A DNA stretch of 58,513 bases, counting the filler, from Sphacelaria rigidula (lineage: Eukaryota), in NCBI GenBank assembly GCA_964200075.2. It is 8 parts of 8 records of this genome, joined end to end, with 100 filler letters (N's around TTAATTAATTAA, not from the genome) between each part and the next. Parts side by side here need not be neighbours in the genome. Positions count along the whole stretch, not along the records: positions 21,983 to 29,209 come from CAXNAA020015866.1; positions 29,310 to 36,535 come from CAXNAA020015867.1; 6 more parts are not named here. One strand, given 5' to 3'. Below are positions 24,203-36,328 of the stretch, in pieces. How positions within the stretch are numbered: the stretch's first letter is position 1; the number at the start of each line of letters is the position of its first letter. The notes below the pieces were generated by a model. It was not told where the DNA came from. It worked only from the letters and a program-made list of their open reading frames with translations, and made no database searches. A program made the translations under genes and the position numbers.

Positions 24203-27200
24203 TTTTTGGGACCGACCCCCAACTGACACGGGGTTGACCATGTGTTCGTATAAATAATAAAATATAGGTCAGGGAGAGACCTGCACAATCACGGCGAGGC
24301 GAAATGTATCGACCAGACCCGAACGACCAGCGCGGCGATTGTTACCGAATTTGATGTTAGTGCCAAGATCATGTGGGGACCCTGTCCCAGGCCCAGATAG
24401 AACGCCTTCCCAGGTATGCAAAGCCGGGATGCTTGGGGAACGATATATCGTTTTCCTTGCATTAAGTATAGCGCTCCCGTGATTCCCCGGATGTATGTTT
24501 GGGTCGCCAGCCTGTACTAAGACGTGGCCTCTCTGCCATTGGATGAAGATGGTATTTTTTTACCCAAGGCAAATGTGACAACCTCCCTTCTTGTCTTTTT
24601 ATGACGAGTTTTACCATTTTTTTTTGCCTGGGGTACATCTATCTCGAAGACAATGGCAGGATCCCTCGGGGATGAGTCAATGTGCCACGAGCAATCAACC
24701 GAAGTTTTCATTTGAAGGCGATCTTCTGCGCTGGCTGTTTTGTTGTGGCTCCTCATTAACATTGTTCACCTCGGGACGGAAATACCACTACGAAACGAAA
24801 AAAGGTCGCAGCACAGTACACATGTAGCGCGAAATGCAAGGTTGATGATGGTGTTATGGTCAGCTTTTCGTGCTGTGTACGTATTTCGTGCAAATACTAA
24901 CTAGCTTGTGCCTGCTCGCATACGCGGCCACCGAACTCACCCATTGTGTGGTCGTTACCGTGGATTAGGGAAATGGAGCTGGTAGAACTGTCGCAGTTGC
25001 CATGGGGCTATCAGACCGAGGACAACACCGAAAACCGTTGGCGATTTTGTGAGGGGTCAAGTAGTACAGGGCTTCGGATGATGCTCTGCAGCTCAACGTT
25101 AAAGGGAGAGGCCGTTGAAGAGTGGAAATAACCGCATACCTGAGGTGGTTGACGGGTCGCTGGACTTTGCCACTCCCAGTGACTAAGCCGGTACTCTCGG
25201 CCCAGTTCACTTCACCTCAGGCAGCGGCGTGTCCGGCGCTCAAGCTGCGGCACGCGGTGGGTAGGCCCGTGTCGAGGATGCGGTAGGCGGTAGTTCGGTC
25301 GGCGGTGGCTCAGGAGGTGTGATGTGTTGTTGACCATGCGGGGTCCCGCGCTGAAAGTGCTTCCCGCGACTTCATCGACTACACGGTGCAGTCTCAAAAT
25401 CGACAGCAAAAAATGGAACCGGTGCTAGAGAACCGACCTGGTTCCCCATAATCTCTCGGCGATTGTCGTGCACGGTCCCGTGGGGTCCAGCTACGCACGA
25501 TAATTTCGACCAATGCCCATGACCGGTTCAAACGCACAGAAATTTCAAGCATAACATACAACCGGTCCCCGGAACTGCAAAGGCGTGCGTGAGTCTAAAG
25601 ACAGCGCTGACCCAACCAACAGCGGCGTAGTCAGTAGCGTGCGGGGCATCAAGCGCCTGAACAACCAAGGGCGAGTCGCTTGGACGGCGCAGCACTTGTG
25701 TCAGTGCCAAGGCGCGGAAACGGCAGTAGGTAGCGAAAAGGGCGTTAAGGAGGCACTCGCGCAATGGGCGAGGACCTTTGACTGCATGCGGAGGGCTGCG
25801 GCTCCCAGCGAGTGACTGGCTGCAGAAGTCACCGTTGAGCACAACGTAGTCGAATAGATTCCGTACTACCCTCTACACCTGTGATAGTCAGTGCTCCATC
25901 TTGCACGCCAATATCATTTTTATCGAGCAAGGTGCATGAAGGGCGAAGCGCAACGGTTTGAGGACCAGTGGCTGGCTGGCGATACTTTCGCCCGCAGTAC
26001 TGGAGGATGAGCATCCCACGCTGGTACCCGTCTTTGGCGTGAGAAATACTACCACAGTCCGTGTCGCCGCGGTGCCTAGCGTAAAGGGCGCAGGGGTTGC
26101 CTAAGGCACCGTCCCTTGAGTGTAACCTCAGACAACCCCGGGGTACGGCGGAGTTTGCAAAATGTTGCAGGTTTTGAATAGAGCCAGTCCTGCGGGGTAG
26201 GTACTGGCAGATCTCGTGCGTTGGAGAGAAAAGGAGCAGTGACGACAGAGGGCGCGAAATGGGTGTCGTTCGCCATTGAAGGAGAAAACACTGGACAGAC
26301 GGATACCTTGAGGTGCATTTTGCAGTGTTGCATGCTTTGATGGGGTTGTCAACGTTGACGTGTACACGACGTCCTAGGTTGATACCCTTGGCCAGGGCGT
26401 GCACAAACTTTGCAATCCTCTGTACCTGTACCCCAACAACGTCACCAAGCATGGAACGTTTCAATATGCCCCTCAATGAAAGTACCGCTCCGACCGTCGA
26501 TGCGTTCGATGGATGGCACCGAATGCTGTTGGGCATCGCGCGCTGCACGGCACGACCTCGAGCGTGCTTTGGCTGGGCTAAACTCGCTCTTGGCACCCAC
26601 TGGCGTGGTGTTTGTACTTGTGGTAACGTTTCGTTTATGTGAACGTTGTGACTTCGTGTACATGGTGGTGATTTTTTCTCATATATCTTGGCTAACCAGT
26701 TACATTAGTGTACGCTATCGTTCTGTTTTGGTTGTTGTCTTTTCGCGTTTGGCAAGGCTCATGCCTTGAGGGGGGGCGAGTCACGCATCTTCCGCGGGCA
26801 AACAGGGTAGTGTTTGAAATGGCAACGGGAGAACTGACCGTGGTCATTCGCTTGCACTATTGACCACACCGATAATTCTAGTTGACGATGAGATTCCCAG
26901 GTGCCTGCCTTCGTGAATTGACCAGTCAAGGTTGACCAGTTGTGTCTATATTTTACAATCCGCACTGCAACATTGACGATCGCTGGAGCGCACTGCAACA
27001 CTGACTATCACTGAAGGAAAAGACTGTCACACGCAACGAAGGCCTGCTAGCTATACACACGACGATGTATTGATCACACAGCCCTTGGGCCCTGTTGGAG
27101 GCTCGAAAAGGACAATCGAATAGTAGAATAACGTTGGAATAACGACATGCCACTTTTGCGGGTGCGTGTGCCCTGCAGTAGCGAAGTGTCGAGAGCCCCA

Positions 27201-27527
27201 CTTCCCCACTCCCGCTCAGATAAGTGAGACACGTACAAGAGTGAGCCCAGATATCACGTGGTCGAATCCGGTTGACGACGTATGCAAGAGAGATGGCGAT
27301 AGCGCGCGACCCTAATAGCGAGAGGGCAGCCATGAGCAAATAACCCATGTAATGATGACGATGCTGCTCCCTGACCTCCGAGAAACAAGAACGGAATTCG
27401 GCTGCAACGAAGCAATCGTCACATCCACATCGGTAGGGGAAACATACGCACGAAAGACAAAGGACAGTTTCGGGGGGAGGGGGAAACGGACCTAGGAATT
27501 GGGTTTGAAGGATGAACATGACAATCA

Positions 27528-27775
27528 CCAGGGAGGGGCCTACGTGTTTTACGTGTCACAACGTTACGCGTTACGTTCACGTTACATTTTGGCCGAATCG
27601 TAACGTGAACGTTAGTTTTTTTCACGTGCCAAACTAAACGTAACGTCAACGTCAAATTATCCAAACGTTCAGAACACGTAATATGAAACGTTTCATGGGA
27701 CTTGAAACGTCTATTACACGTTACACGTGCATTAGACGTTTCACGTTACATAAAACGTCAAAAACACGTTACCTG
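27528..27775. repeat. ACGT-dense tract, probably a hAT-like subterminal region
   Basis: 21 ACGT motifs in about 230 bp, starting just after CAGGGAGGGGCC. Confidence 0.6.
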
Positions 27776-29139
27776 AAACGGTGTACACTTCAAGTTTGCA
27801 ATGAATTTTAAAATCCTAGAAGACAAGGTAACTACTGTATACAACGGTACAAGCACAGGCCGTGCATTTTGCTAACAGTACGAGGTTCCAATTTCACGAA
27901 GTGAAAATGGTTTCTGCTCCGGGTAAATAAATGGACCAACGGGTTTTTGCGACTCGTTTTTTGCTAGATTTTCCCACTCTGAAACCCCTATTGTTTTCGG
28001 TTTAGGGGGAAAAACTTTGTCAAACAGAAACCAAACGCATCCTGCTCCAAGGGGCACCCGGACACACAGCAGTTGCTGCTGCCTACCTAGTACCATCCTC
28101 TAAATCGAAGTCTTGAGTGAAAACGCCCAGCGTGAACCTACTTCACACGACCACCGCTTTTTGCGACGGACCCTTCCCCACGTACCCGACAAGGGGGCAA
28201 CATCCCCCGTACAGATAGTAGCAATGCTAGCGGATCCTCGGTCCTGACAGTCTGGCAGCGGGCAAGGTGGTTATGGTATTGTCCTTCTAGCGATATCAAC
28301 TTACAGTGCACTGAAGCAGAGTTTGCCGGTGAATATTTCGCGATTGCCTCACCTGCAGTTCGCCCAGATGTTGCGGATTTTTCTCACGGTCTTACTAGGT
28401 GAACCTTACATACAAATACATGTGGAAATGTACCAGACCCTAGACAAAGATTTCTACAGTCAGTACGAACACGATGTTGAAAGTTAACTGCACACAGTGG
28501 GTTGTGTTGTTGTCGTCCCATCTATTCTGGACGCCGGTCTCCACCTTTCGGTATATGTAGGCGCACCAGCCACGACTGTGTTACCATGCAGCTTCGCCCC
28601 AAGATACAGGCAGCGATTACAGCGGCGGAGGCGTCCTCCGACTCCTGCGTGCGCCACCTGGGGCGAACGCTCGCTGTAGCTGCAACACGAACAGCTATAC
28701 AAAATGTGGCGTAGCGATACAGTGCGTAGCGAGGGATGATATCCCGCGTACACGTTGGCCGCAGGTACAAGCGGCTGCGTTCATGATGTGGCGAACTGCA
28801 TGGGACAACGCGAAATCAATGCTGGACAGGGATAGGCTGAGGATGTGACGTCCTGCGGTGTGCTTTGTCACCCTGCACGATGCCACTGTGCAGTGAGCAG
28901 GTAGTACCGCTGAAGGCGTCACGCTGCGGTTGGTACATAGTGTCGAACACAGCAGCAATCAGCATATTTTATGTACCGTACATCGATGTGTGCACTTAAA
29001 GATCGAGGGGGCACACAGCAACTACTATCGCCATTATCCATCGATCAGGGGGGTACCCCCTCCTCGGGGTCCCCCCCCTCTCCCGTCAATGGTCTGATGA
29101 CTATGGCATGCATGATCATGTATACCCCCCCCACCCCCC

Positions 29140-29209
29140 TCCCTCCGTCTCGAAAGGGATGCGTGGTCAATGGTCACACGACTAAGGCAAGCAACAAATG
29201 AGTACGCCC
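29140..29209 (+). repeat. Dispersed repeat bounded by poly-C tracts (also 21815-21882, 58445-58513 on -, diverged at 39685-39780)
   Basis: TCAATGGTCAMACRACTAAGGCAAGCAACAMATGAGTACGCCC is shared. Three contigs end in it. Confidence 0.85.
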
Positions 29210-29309
29210 NNNNNNNNNNNNNNNNNNNNNNNNNNNNNNNNNNNNNNNNNNNNTTAATTAATTAANNNNNNNNNNNNNNNNNNNNNNNNNNNNNNNNNNN
29301 NNNNNNNNN

Positions 29310-29404
29310 AAAATTCCCAGATCGCTCCGAGAATCGAACCCCACAACTCAACCATCATAACACGGTTACGAGGTTACCAACTGAGCCACCGGGGCGACCG
29401 GCTA
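29310..29404 (-). mobile_element. tRNA-derived SINE family 1, head fragment
   Basis: The minus strand reads CCGGTCGCCCCGGTGGCTCAGTTGG...GGTTCGATTCTCGG (A and B boxes) and matches the 42028 copy. Confidence 0.75.
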
Positions 29405-30825
29405 CCGCGTAGACAGTAAATTACTACCTGGTATGTAGCGGGAAATGTCAGAGTTTGTCGAGTTCAGTCCCCCAATGAGTATACGAGCAGCAGGATGACA
29501 CCTGCTGAAAGTAACAGGTAAAGGACTTGTACACACGATGGTGATATATACCCATGGTCATGAGAGGTCTGTGTGTTTACCTACCATTAACAGCCTGGAC
29601 TAGTTCTTGAGGTTCAAGATTTGGGTGAGGTTCAACTGACCATCGTTTTCACACCACTCTTCCCGGAGCAGAACTTCAATCGCTTCAACTTTCTGGGGTT
29701 TTTTTCCCTTGGCATCCCGCGCAATGTTGCGTGCATCGATATGAATGTCAAGTCGAAAATTCAGCGCCCGACTTCTTGAAATACCCACAGCCGCGCCCGC
29801 GAACATGAAAATATCAGTTAGCTGGCTTAGCTCGTAGCGTTTGCGTATCGAGCCCCCGGCCCCTCTCGAGTTGCCCAGGATTAATAACAATCGCAGTCTC
29901 CTTCGAAAGTACGTGGCGGCGGCTCGATGATAGCCCTGCGCCTGGTTGGCGAGGTGACGGAATATTAGGGGTCTCCGTTGTGATTCTGATGGTCATGTGG
30001 GGCTCAATTGAGACATTTAATAATTACTCTCGAAACTATACCTCAACAGGCTTCAATAGTCCCAAGACAAAAAGCCCCAAAGTCCAAAATTGGGTGTATC
30101 TCGACTTATTCTCGTGTAGAATACAATTCACCTGTTTTTGCACTAGGATCACCTGCGCTCCCACTTTTTTAACAAACCCGACAATGGCGTCATCACTGAA
30201 ACCGTTACACCCAAACAGACACCCGTAATCATGCAGACGTACAGGGCAGCGGAAGTATTCATTTTTGCGTTTCAACCTCAAGATAGCGGACAAAATGTTA
30301 GATATGATGTGAATTACGTCGTGTTTTGTTGGTTGTGTTATCACTGCACAGTCACGTGGCTGCACTCGATTTGTGTCAGTGGATGTTCATGGAACAGGTT
30401 TGCAACTTCTTGTTCATATGTATTAATGGGAAAGCGGTATTTCTCGAGGTAGTCGTCGTCGTCAGGCCGAGGGCCTGAACACGCAGATTCAGCCAGCTCT
30501 CACGACCATGAGAAACAATTGTGCGGTTACTGCATTCCTGCACGGCGACGAGCCGAAAGCAGCTGGGAAACTAGATACATCATGCAAATCAGGCTAGAAA
30601 ACACTAGAAAACACGACGAAAAAAACATGTTGCAAAATACCAATATGTTGCCGGAGGCCAAACTCAAGACACTCCGTCATGACACGATGATCCACACACA
30701 CAATTTGGCGGTCTACACCTTCCCTAGCTACCCTTTGAACGAAGCAGAGCAAGACAATCTAGGAAACACTAAGCTGGTTTCTACCGCAGAGATTCGTACG
30801 AGATATATCGAAACCCTATCACTAC

Positions 30826-31259
30826 CGGGTTTTACAAATTGGGGATGGATATTTTTTTGAGGATGAGAACCCGGAGAATTGATATCTTCGCATCCACACT
30901 GAATCTTCTAATTATAGTTCAACTTCTTCACCTACTGGTAGCTATTGATCAGTACTGCACGCCACAAAAATTTGGATCCTGATAACCCACATTTTTGGGG
31001 TCCTAGGTGAAGAAACAATTTCGGGGAATTTAGAAAATCCGATCAGATCATCCAAATTCCCCGAATTTTGTTCTTCACTAAGAGCCTCAACATGTCGGTT
31101 ATCAGGATCCAAATTTGTATGGCGTGCAGTAGTTGTCAATTGCTACCAGTAGGTGAAGAAATGGGACTATAATTAGAATATGCTGTGTGGATGCGAAGAT
31201 ATCAATTCTCCGGGTTCTCATCCTCGATGAAAAATTCATCCCCAATGTGTAACATCCCG
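30826..31259. mobile_element. Fold-back/MITE-like palindromic element, family A, copy 2
   Basis: Full-length imperfect palindrome homologous to 7875-8327. Confidence 0.8.
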
Positions 31260-31315
31260 TGTTTATCCGCAAATATCAGCCGGCAAAAAAGGCGTGCATG
31301 GATCCCCTCATCAAG

Positions 31316-33388
31316 CTACCTCTCTTGCTGGTGAGATGAGACCGCGGACATGAAACGATAAGGAGCTGTTACACCCAATTCTAACTTTACGTGGGCTTTC
31401 TCTTCTGCAGACATCACATCATTTCCCGCTGCCACATCGAAAACCGGTTCAACAGGCACCATCCTACGTGGCCGCTTTGTGTTCCTTCCACTGCTAATGC
31501 TGCTATCAATGGTGCAGCTCCTGTTACTGGTGTTGCTGGAGCCACTAATGCCCATGCTGTCACAACTGCTGGATTGCGCAGCAGCCACTCCCCTGCTTGT
31601 TCTCGTCTCATGAAAAACATGGGCTGGGGCAAGAGTCGTCTCCATTTCCATTTTCATGCGCGTCTCTACCCCACCTAGAGAAACCTCATGGGCTGCCGCT
31701 GGGATGGCGGGATGTCCCGCAGCGGGGAGGGTGACCGTACAACTCGCGCCCCGTTGTCCAGGACGCATGGCACCCGACATGCAACGAGAATCAGCGTTAC
31801 GACCAATATCTCTCGTGTTGGCACTGGTATCCGATGGATGGCTGTCTTTCCTGCAACCTTTAGCGATACCGCCACTAGTCTCTGCAACGGCCCAGTGACT
31901 CTTCAGGTAGACGTGTCTTGCTGCGTCTGACGCCAGAGTAGGGTGATGTGCATCGTGATGGCAGACATGCTCGTGCTCCCGCACCCGCTTGGCACAACGC
32001 TGCGAGGTGGATTCATCGAGCGTCATGAAGGTCATCCCTGCGCCGGCGTGTTTGGCACAGAACTCCGCCTTCATACTACCGGTTGCACCGATCGATGCTT
32101 GTTTGGAGCAACCCCGCTTCTCGCACTGGTTGTTTACCGCGTCCACCATGGCCGCGCGGGCGTGCGTGGCGCAGAACTCCGCCTTCCTGCCACCGGTCGC
32201 ACCAAGCGAGGGTTGTTTAGAGCAGCCCCCCTTGCCGCACTGGTTGTGTATCACATCATCCATGCCCGCCCCGGCGTTTGTCGCGCGGAACTCGGTCTTC
32301 TTGCCGCCGGCTGCACCGAACGACGGCTGTTTGGAGCTGCCGTCCCTCCCGCATTGCTTGCTCTCCATATCGACCATACCCACGAGGGCGCGTGTTGCGC
32401 AGAACTCTGCCTTTCGTCCACCGACTGCACCGAAAGATGCTAGTGTGGAGCAGCCCTCCTTGCCGCATCGCTTGCTTGTAACATTGACCATGCCTGCCCG
32501 GGTGTGTTTGGCGCAGAACTCTGCCTTTCTACCATCGCCTGCACCAAACGATGCTCGTGTCGAGCAGCCGTTCTTGCCGCACGAGTCATTTCTCACGTCG
32601 ACCATACCTGTCGGGGCGTGTTTGGCGCAGAACTCCGCCCTCCTACCACCGGCTGCACCGAACGATGCTAGTCTGGAGCAGCCCTCATTGCCGCATCGCT
32701 TACGTGCATTGACCACGCCCGCCGGGGCGTGTTCGGCGCAGAACTCCGCCTTCCTACCACTAGCTGCGCCGAACGATGCTAGCGTGGAGCAACCCTCCTT
32801 GCCGCATCGCTTGCTTGTAACATTGACCATGCCTGCTGGGGCGTGTTTGACGCAGAACTCCCTCTTCCGTCCACCGACTGCACCGAAAGATGCTACTGTG
32901 GAGCAGCCCTCCTTGCCGCATCGCTTGCTTGCAACATTGACCATGCTTGCCCGGGCGTGTTTGGCGCAGAACTCCGCCTTTCTACCATCGGCAGCACCAA
33001 ACGATGCTCGTGTCGAGCAGCTATCCTTGCCGCATCGCTTGCTTGCAACATTGACCATGCCTGCCCGGGCGTGTTTGGCGCAGAACTCCGCCTTTCTACC
33101 ACCGACTGCACCGAACGATGCTAGTGTGGAGCAGCCCTCATTGCCGCATCGCTTGTGTGATACATTGACCATGCCTACCGGGGAGTGTTTGGCGCAGAAC
33201 TCCCTCTTCCGTCCACCGGCTGGACCGAACGCTGCTCGTGTGAAGCAGCCCTCCTTGCCGCATCGCTTGCTTGCAACGTTGATCATGCCCGCCGGGGCGT
33301 GTTTGGCGCAGAACTCCACCTTGCTGTTACCCGCTACGCCATATGATGCTCTCGTGTTGCAGCCCGTGTGTGTGCATCCAAAAGGCAT
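31316..33388 (-). CDS. EsV-1-7 cysteine-rich repeat protein (12 x ~38-aa C-x4-C-x16-C-x2-H units plus low-complexity C-terminus)
   Basis: Long ORF, open to 33532, with a probable ATG at 33388 (MPFGCTHTGC...). Repeats such as CGKEGCSTLASFGAVGGRKAEFCAKHARAGMVNVASKR match the EsV-1-7 motif known from brown algae (e.g. IMMEDIATE UPRIGHT) and Ectocarpus virus EsV-1. Confidence 0.92.
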   Translation of the reverse strand: MPFGCTHTGCNTRASYGVAGNSKVEFCAKHAPAGMINVASKRCGKEGCFTRAAFGPAGGRKREFCAKHSPVGMVNVSHKRCGNEGCSTLASFGAVGGRKAEFCAKHARAGMVNVASKRCGKDSCSTRASFGAADGRKAEFCAKHARASMVNVASKRCGKEGCSTVASFGAVGGRKREFCVKHAPAGMVNVTSKRCGKEGCSTLASFGAASGRKAEFCAEHAPAGVVNARKRCGNEGCSRLASFGAAGGRRAEFCAKHAPTGMVDVRNDSCGKNGCSTRASFGAGDGRKAEFCAKHTRAGMVNVTSKRCGKEGCSTLASFGAVGGRKAEFCATRALVGMVDMESKQCGRDGSSKQPSFGAAGGKKTEFRATNAGAGMDDVIHNQCGKGGCSKQPSLGATGGRKAEFCATHARAAMVDAVNNQCEKRGCSKQASIGATGSMKAEFCAKHAGAGMTFMTLDESTSQRCAKRVREHEHVCHHDAHHPTLASDAARHVYLKSHWAVAETSGGIAKGCRKDSHPSDTSANTRDIGRNADSRCMSGAMRPGQRGASCTVTLPAAGHPAIPAAAHEVSLGGVETRMKMEMETTLAPAHVFHETRTSRGVAAAQSSSCDSMGISGSSNTSNRSCTIDSSISSGRNTKRPRRMVPVEPVFDVAAGNDVMSAEEKAHVKLELGVTAPYRFMSAVSSHQQER

Positions 33389-34292
33389 ACTCCTCACGAC
33401 TGTCGTGGAGAAATGGGTCGAGGCCGCGGAAGTCCCGCTGCCGCTATTCCACTCGGCGACGCCACCCACCCGTGCCCTGGAACCAGCTGACCAATCCAGG
33501 AGCAGCCTGCACCAAACAAAACGCAAAGGCAACCCAAGGCCCTTCTCAAGTAAAAGATGGATGAATCATTATAGAATTTGGGCGCAATTAGGGACGTGGA
33601 TAGGAGTGGACTGACAGATTAATGTAGAGTCAACAGAGGAAAGGGATAGCTAATGCAGCATGGCTACAGGGGGGATGCCATTTTCTCTGTAAGAAGCATA
33701 TACTGACATTGCTACACGGTGGCGAATGAGCAAAGGGAGGTGGGGATGTTGATATTGGAGATTCCCAAAAAACATTAGCGCCGAGGTCTTCCGCATGATT
33801 CCCTTGCCCATGGTATGAGTTCAACTCTTGGACAACACGCGACAGGGGTTTTCGGCGAGTGATACGGAAAGTGAACGTGCGGCGCTGTGCGTGTACAGGG
33901 ACTACGATAGTTTGGTCCATGCGTTCATTTTCCATGTGGCTCACTCGAGAAGCACAGCGCTTAGTATACATGGAAACGGAACTCCCCAGGGACCGCAGTG
34001 GTGAAGTATGGATGCACAAGACACGACAGGCCTGGCCATCTATTCGCCGGTGAGGATGGACATACCCTGGCGTCAGCACAATCGAGCGCGCGATTTTGCA
34101 AGGAGTGTACATGGTGGAAGTGCGAGCAATCGACGCCCTTCCTATCTGGGAGACAGCTGAGGTGACAGTCAGGGTTACATAATTTCAACCGAAAATGAGT
34201 ACATAGCGTTTCCAGGCCTGAGAGTGAATAAGTGCGAGAGGGAACCAAACTCGTAGGGCTAAGCGACGACGTATTGGACATTGTATGCCGCC

Positions 34293-34590
34293 GCGCCCCG
34301 GTGGTGTAATGGTCCGACTGCTGCCATTAGGGTGGAGAGAACGAGGGTTCGACTCCTGATGCGTTGGGTTTTTCTTCTAGTATTTGATTTCCACCGTGGA
34401 GAGCGTGAGAACGTGAGTAAACAAAGTAGTCGACTGGGTTCGTTTGACGTGAGTTGACGCGGTGCGGGAGTGGTGATCCAATACACGAGACCGAAATGCA
34501 AGGCGTGTACCGGGGGAGGGATGGGTTGATCCCTTGAGACCAAGGCTCATCTCGAGGAAGGGGAAGGGTTCAAAGTGCGCCAAAATGAAC
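34293..34590 (+). mobile_element. tRNA-derived SINE family 2, second copy at 50712-51010
   Basis: Head GCCCCGGTGGTGTAATGG...GGGTTCGACTCC (A and B boxes). The ~230-bp body ending GAGGAAGGGGARGGGTTCAAAGTGCG is shared by both copies. Confidence 0.75.
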
Positions 34591-35394
34591 AACATGATAA
34601 TAACATCTCACTGCAGACATGACCTCAGCACCATTTGCAACCTCTGGGACTGCTGAAATGTCAAGCAGGAGAATGTGCAAAATGATAGGTTATATTGCTT
34701 GCCAGACAGACCCGATACAGCGATCACGAGGAGACTGGACGGAGAGAAAAAAGCGTCATAACAAAACGAGTCGAGCTGCGATGAGAAAAATGCACGCGTA
34801 AGTTGATACTGTGAGAAGGAGGCAAGCGATGAATATATGTGAAAAACACTTCGCGTCCGAAGGTGAACTTCGAAAAAAAACTATAGAAATAAGGAAGCAT
34901 CGACATCACGCCGCAAACGGCACAACATACACCATGGTGTATATACAAGGATAGCTCGTAGGTACTTAAATGGCAGGTTGAATGGGGGGTAGACGGAGAG
35001 TTTCAGCAAGAGAATACAAACCAAATAGGGCTTTCGCTCCTCGGAATTTCTCCCTTGGTTCCGCATAAAGGTGCGCATTCTAGTAACTTGCTGTACAGTA
35101 CCGCCGAACTGCAAGATCTTGAGTCCCATTCATCATTAAAACCGTAGAGCTCATCTTTGGAACCGTACCACGCTGGGTCGTACCGTGCCACAGACTGCAT
35201 AGCGCATACCACGTCATTCCGCGTAGTGGTAACAAATATCGTATAATCGAAATAACATGAAACTCCGGTTCCCGACCACGACAACAGCACAAAAATATGT
35301 GGCAAATGAATTATGTGTGGCGCAAAGGTGTAAATGACACATCGAGACGTGCTTCGATTTCTTCCAACAGTCATCACTTGTTTTCCTTCAATAG

Positions 35395-35627
35395 TTTTTG
35401 TCATCGAAATTGCTTACATTTGGTGCGATGACTCTGGGAGAGGCTCCGACAGGGACGTTCTCCCGACAATTATTCTCGACGAGACTCTTTCCAAAACCAT
35501 TTTACATGACCCCGAAAAATGCTTGAGTAGTTTACAGCAAGACGGGGGGCTCTCGCCCGACGTGATGCTTGCCGTCAGTAACTTCGTGTACGAAACCGCC
35601 GACCCCTGTCCTGTCTGCTGCCTAGAT
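35395..35627 (+). CDS. Possible isolated exon ending in a RING-like start (CPVCCLD)
   Basis: TAG acceptor, an open frame with natural composition, and a GAT|GTATGC donor. Partner exons were not found. Confidence 0.3.
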
Positions 35628-36265
35628 GTATGCACTGCCAATAGTGTCCTAACCCGTGTGCATGTACCATTCAGTGTCCCATATACATACGGCTGTACCG
35701 CATTTGTATGTGTGTATGTAATATTTGTATGTATAATTGTCGCATACTGAGTGATCCGCGAGGGATCCAGTCGTAGTCACGAGATAGACATACTCAACGT
35801 AAACGACGCGCGACAGAAAACTCAGCGAATAGCGGAAACAAAGGTAAGAGAGGTGGGATGAAACAAACAAAGTGAACTGAGCGATAAACGAGAGACGAAC
35901 GGAACGCAAACACAAAAAGGGGGGAAGAGAGGATATCAGAGAAGACCCAAAGAGTCGGCTCTGATGAAAGTGATGGAAAACCGATCACAAAAAAGATGAC
36001 ATGCAGAATGTGTGTATAAGAATACAGCTAGGAACGTCGTTAAGGTATCAAGTCCAGGAAAGGAGTAGATAGCCGATAACAGAGAACAGAGGTATGTAAG
36101 CTTTTTCATACCCCCGCATCTCCTACTCACTCCTAGTCGAGTATGAAGCGAGCTATTATACTCTCTCGACCCATTTCCATCCTGGATTCCTCGCGAGCCG
36201 TTGTACGTTGCACTGCACTGTTGCTGCATCATACCTCCTATGCTGTCTGTACTCTAGCGTGTGCA

Positions 36266-36282
36266 CAACAATAACAACGACG

Positions 36283-36322
<40 letters not shown>

Positions 36323-36328
36323 CGACAA
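36266..36328. repeat. (ACA)n microsatellite
   Basis: About 20 ACA/ACG units. Confidence 0.95.

Noticed and set aside
31989-33614. 541-aa plus-strand ORF
   Set aside because: Antisense shadow of the GC-rich EsV-1-7 repeat gene.
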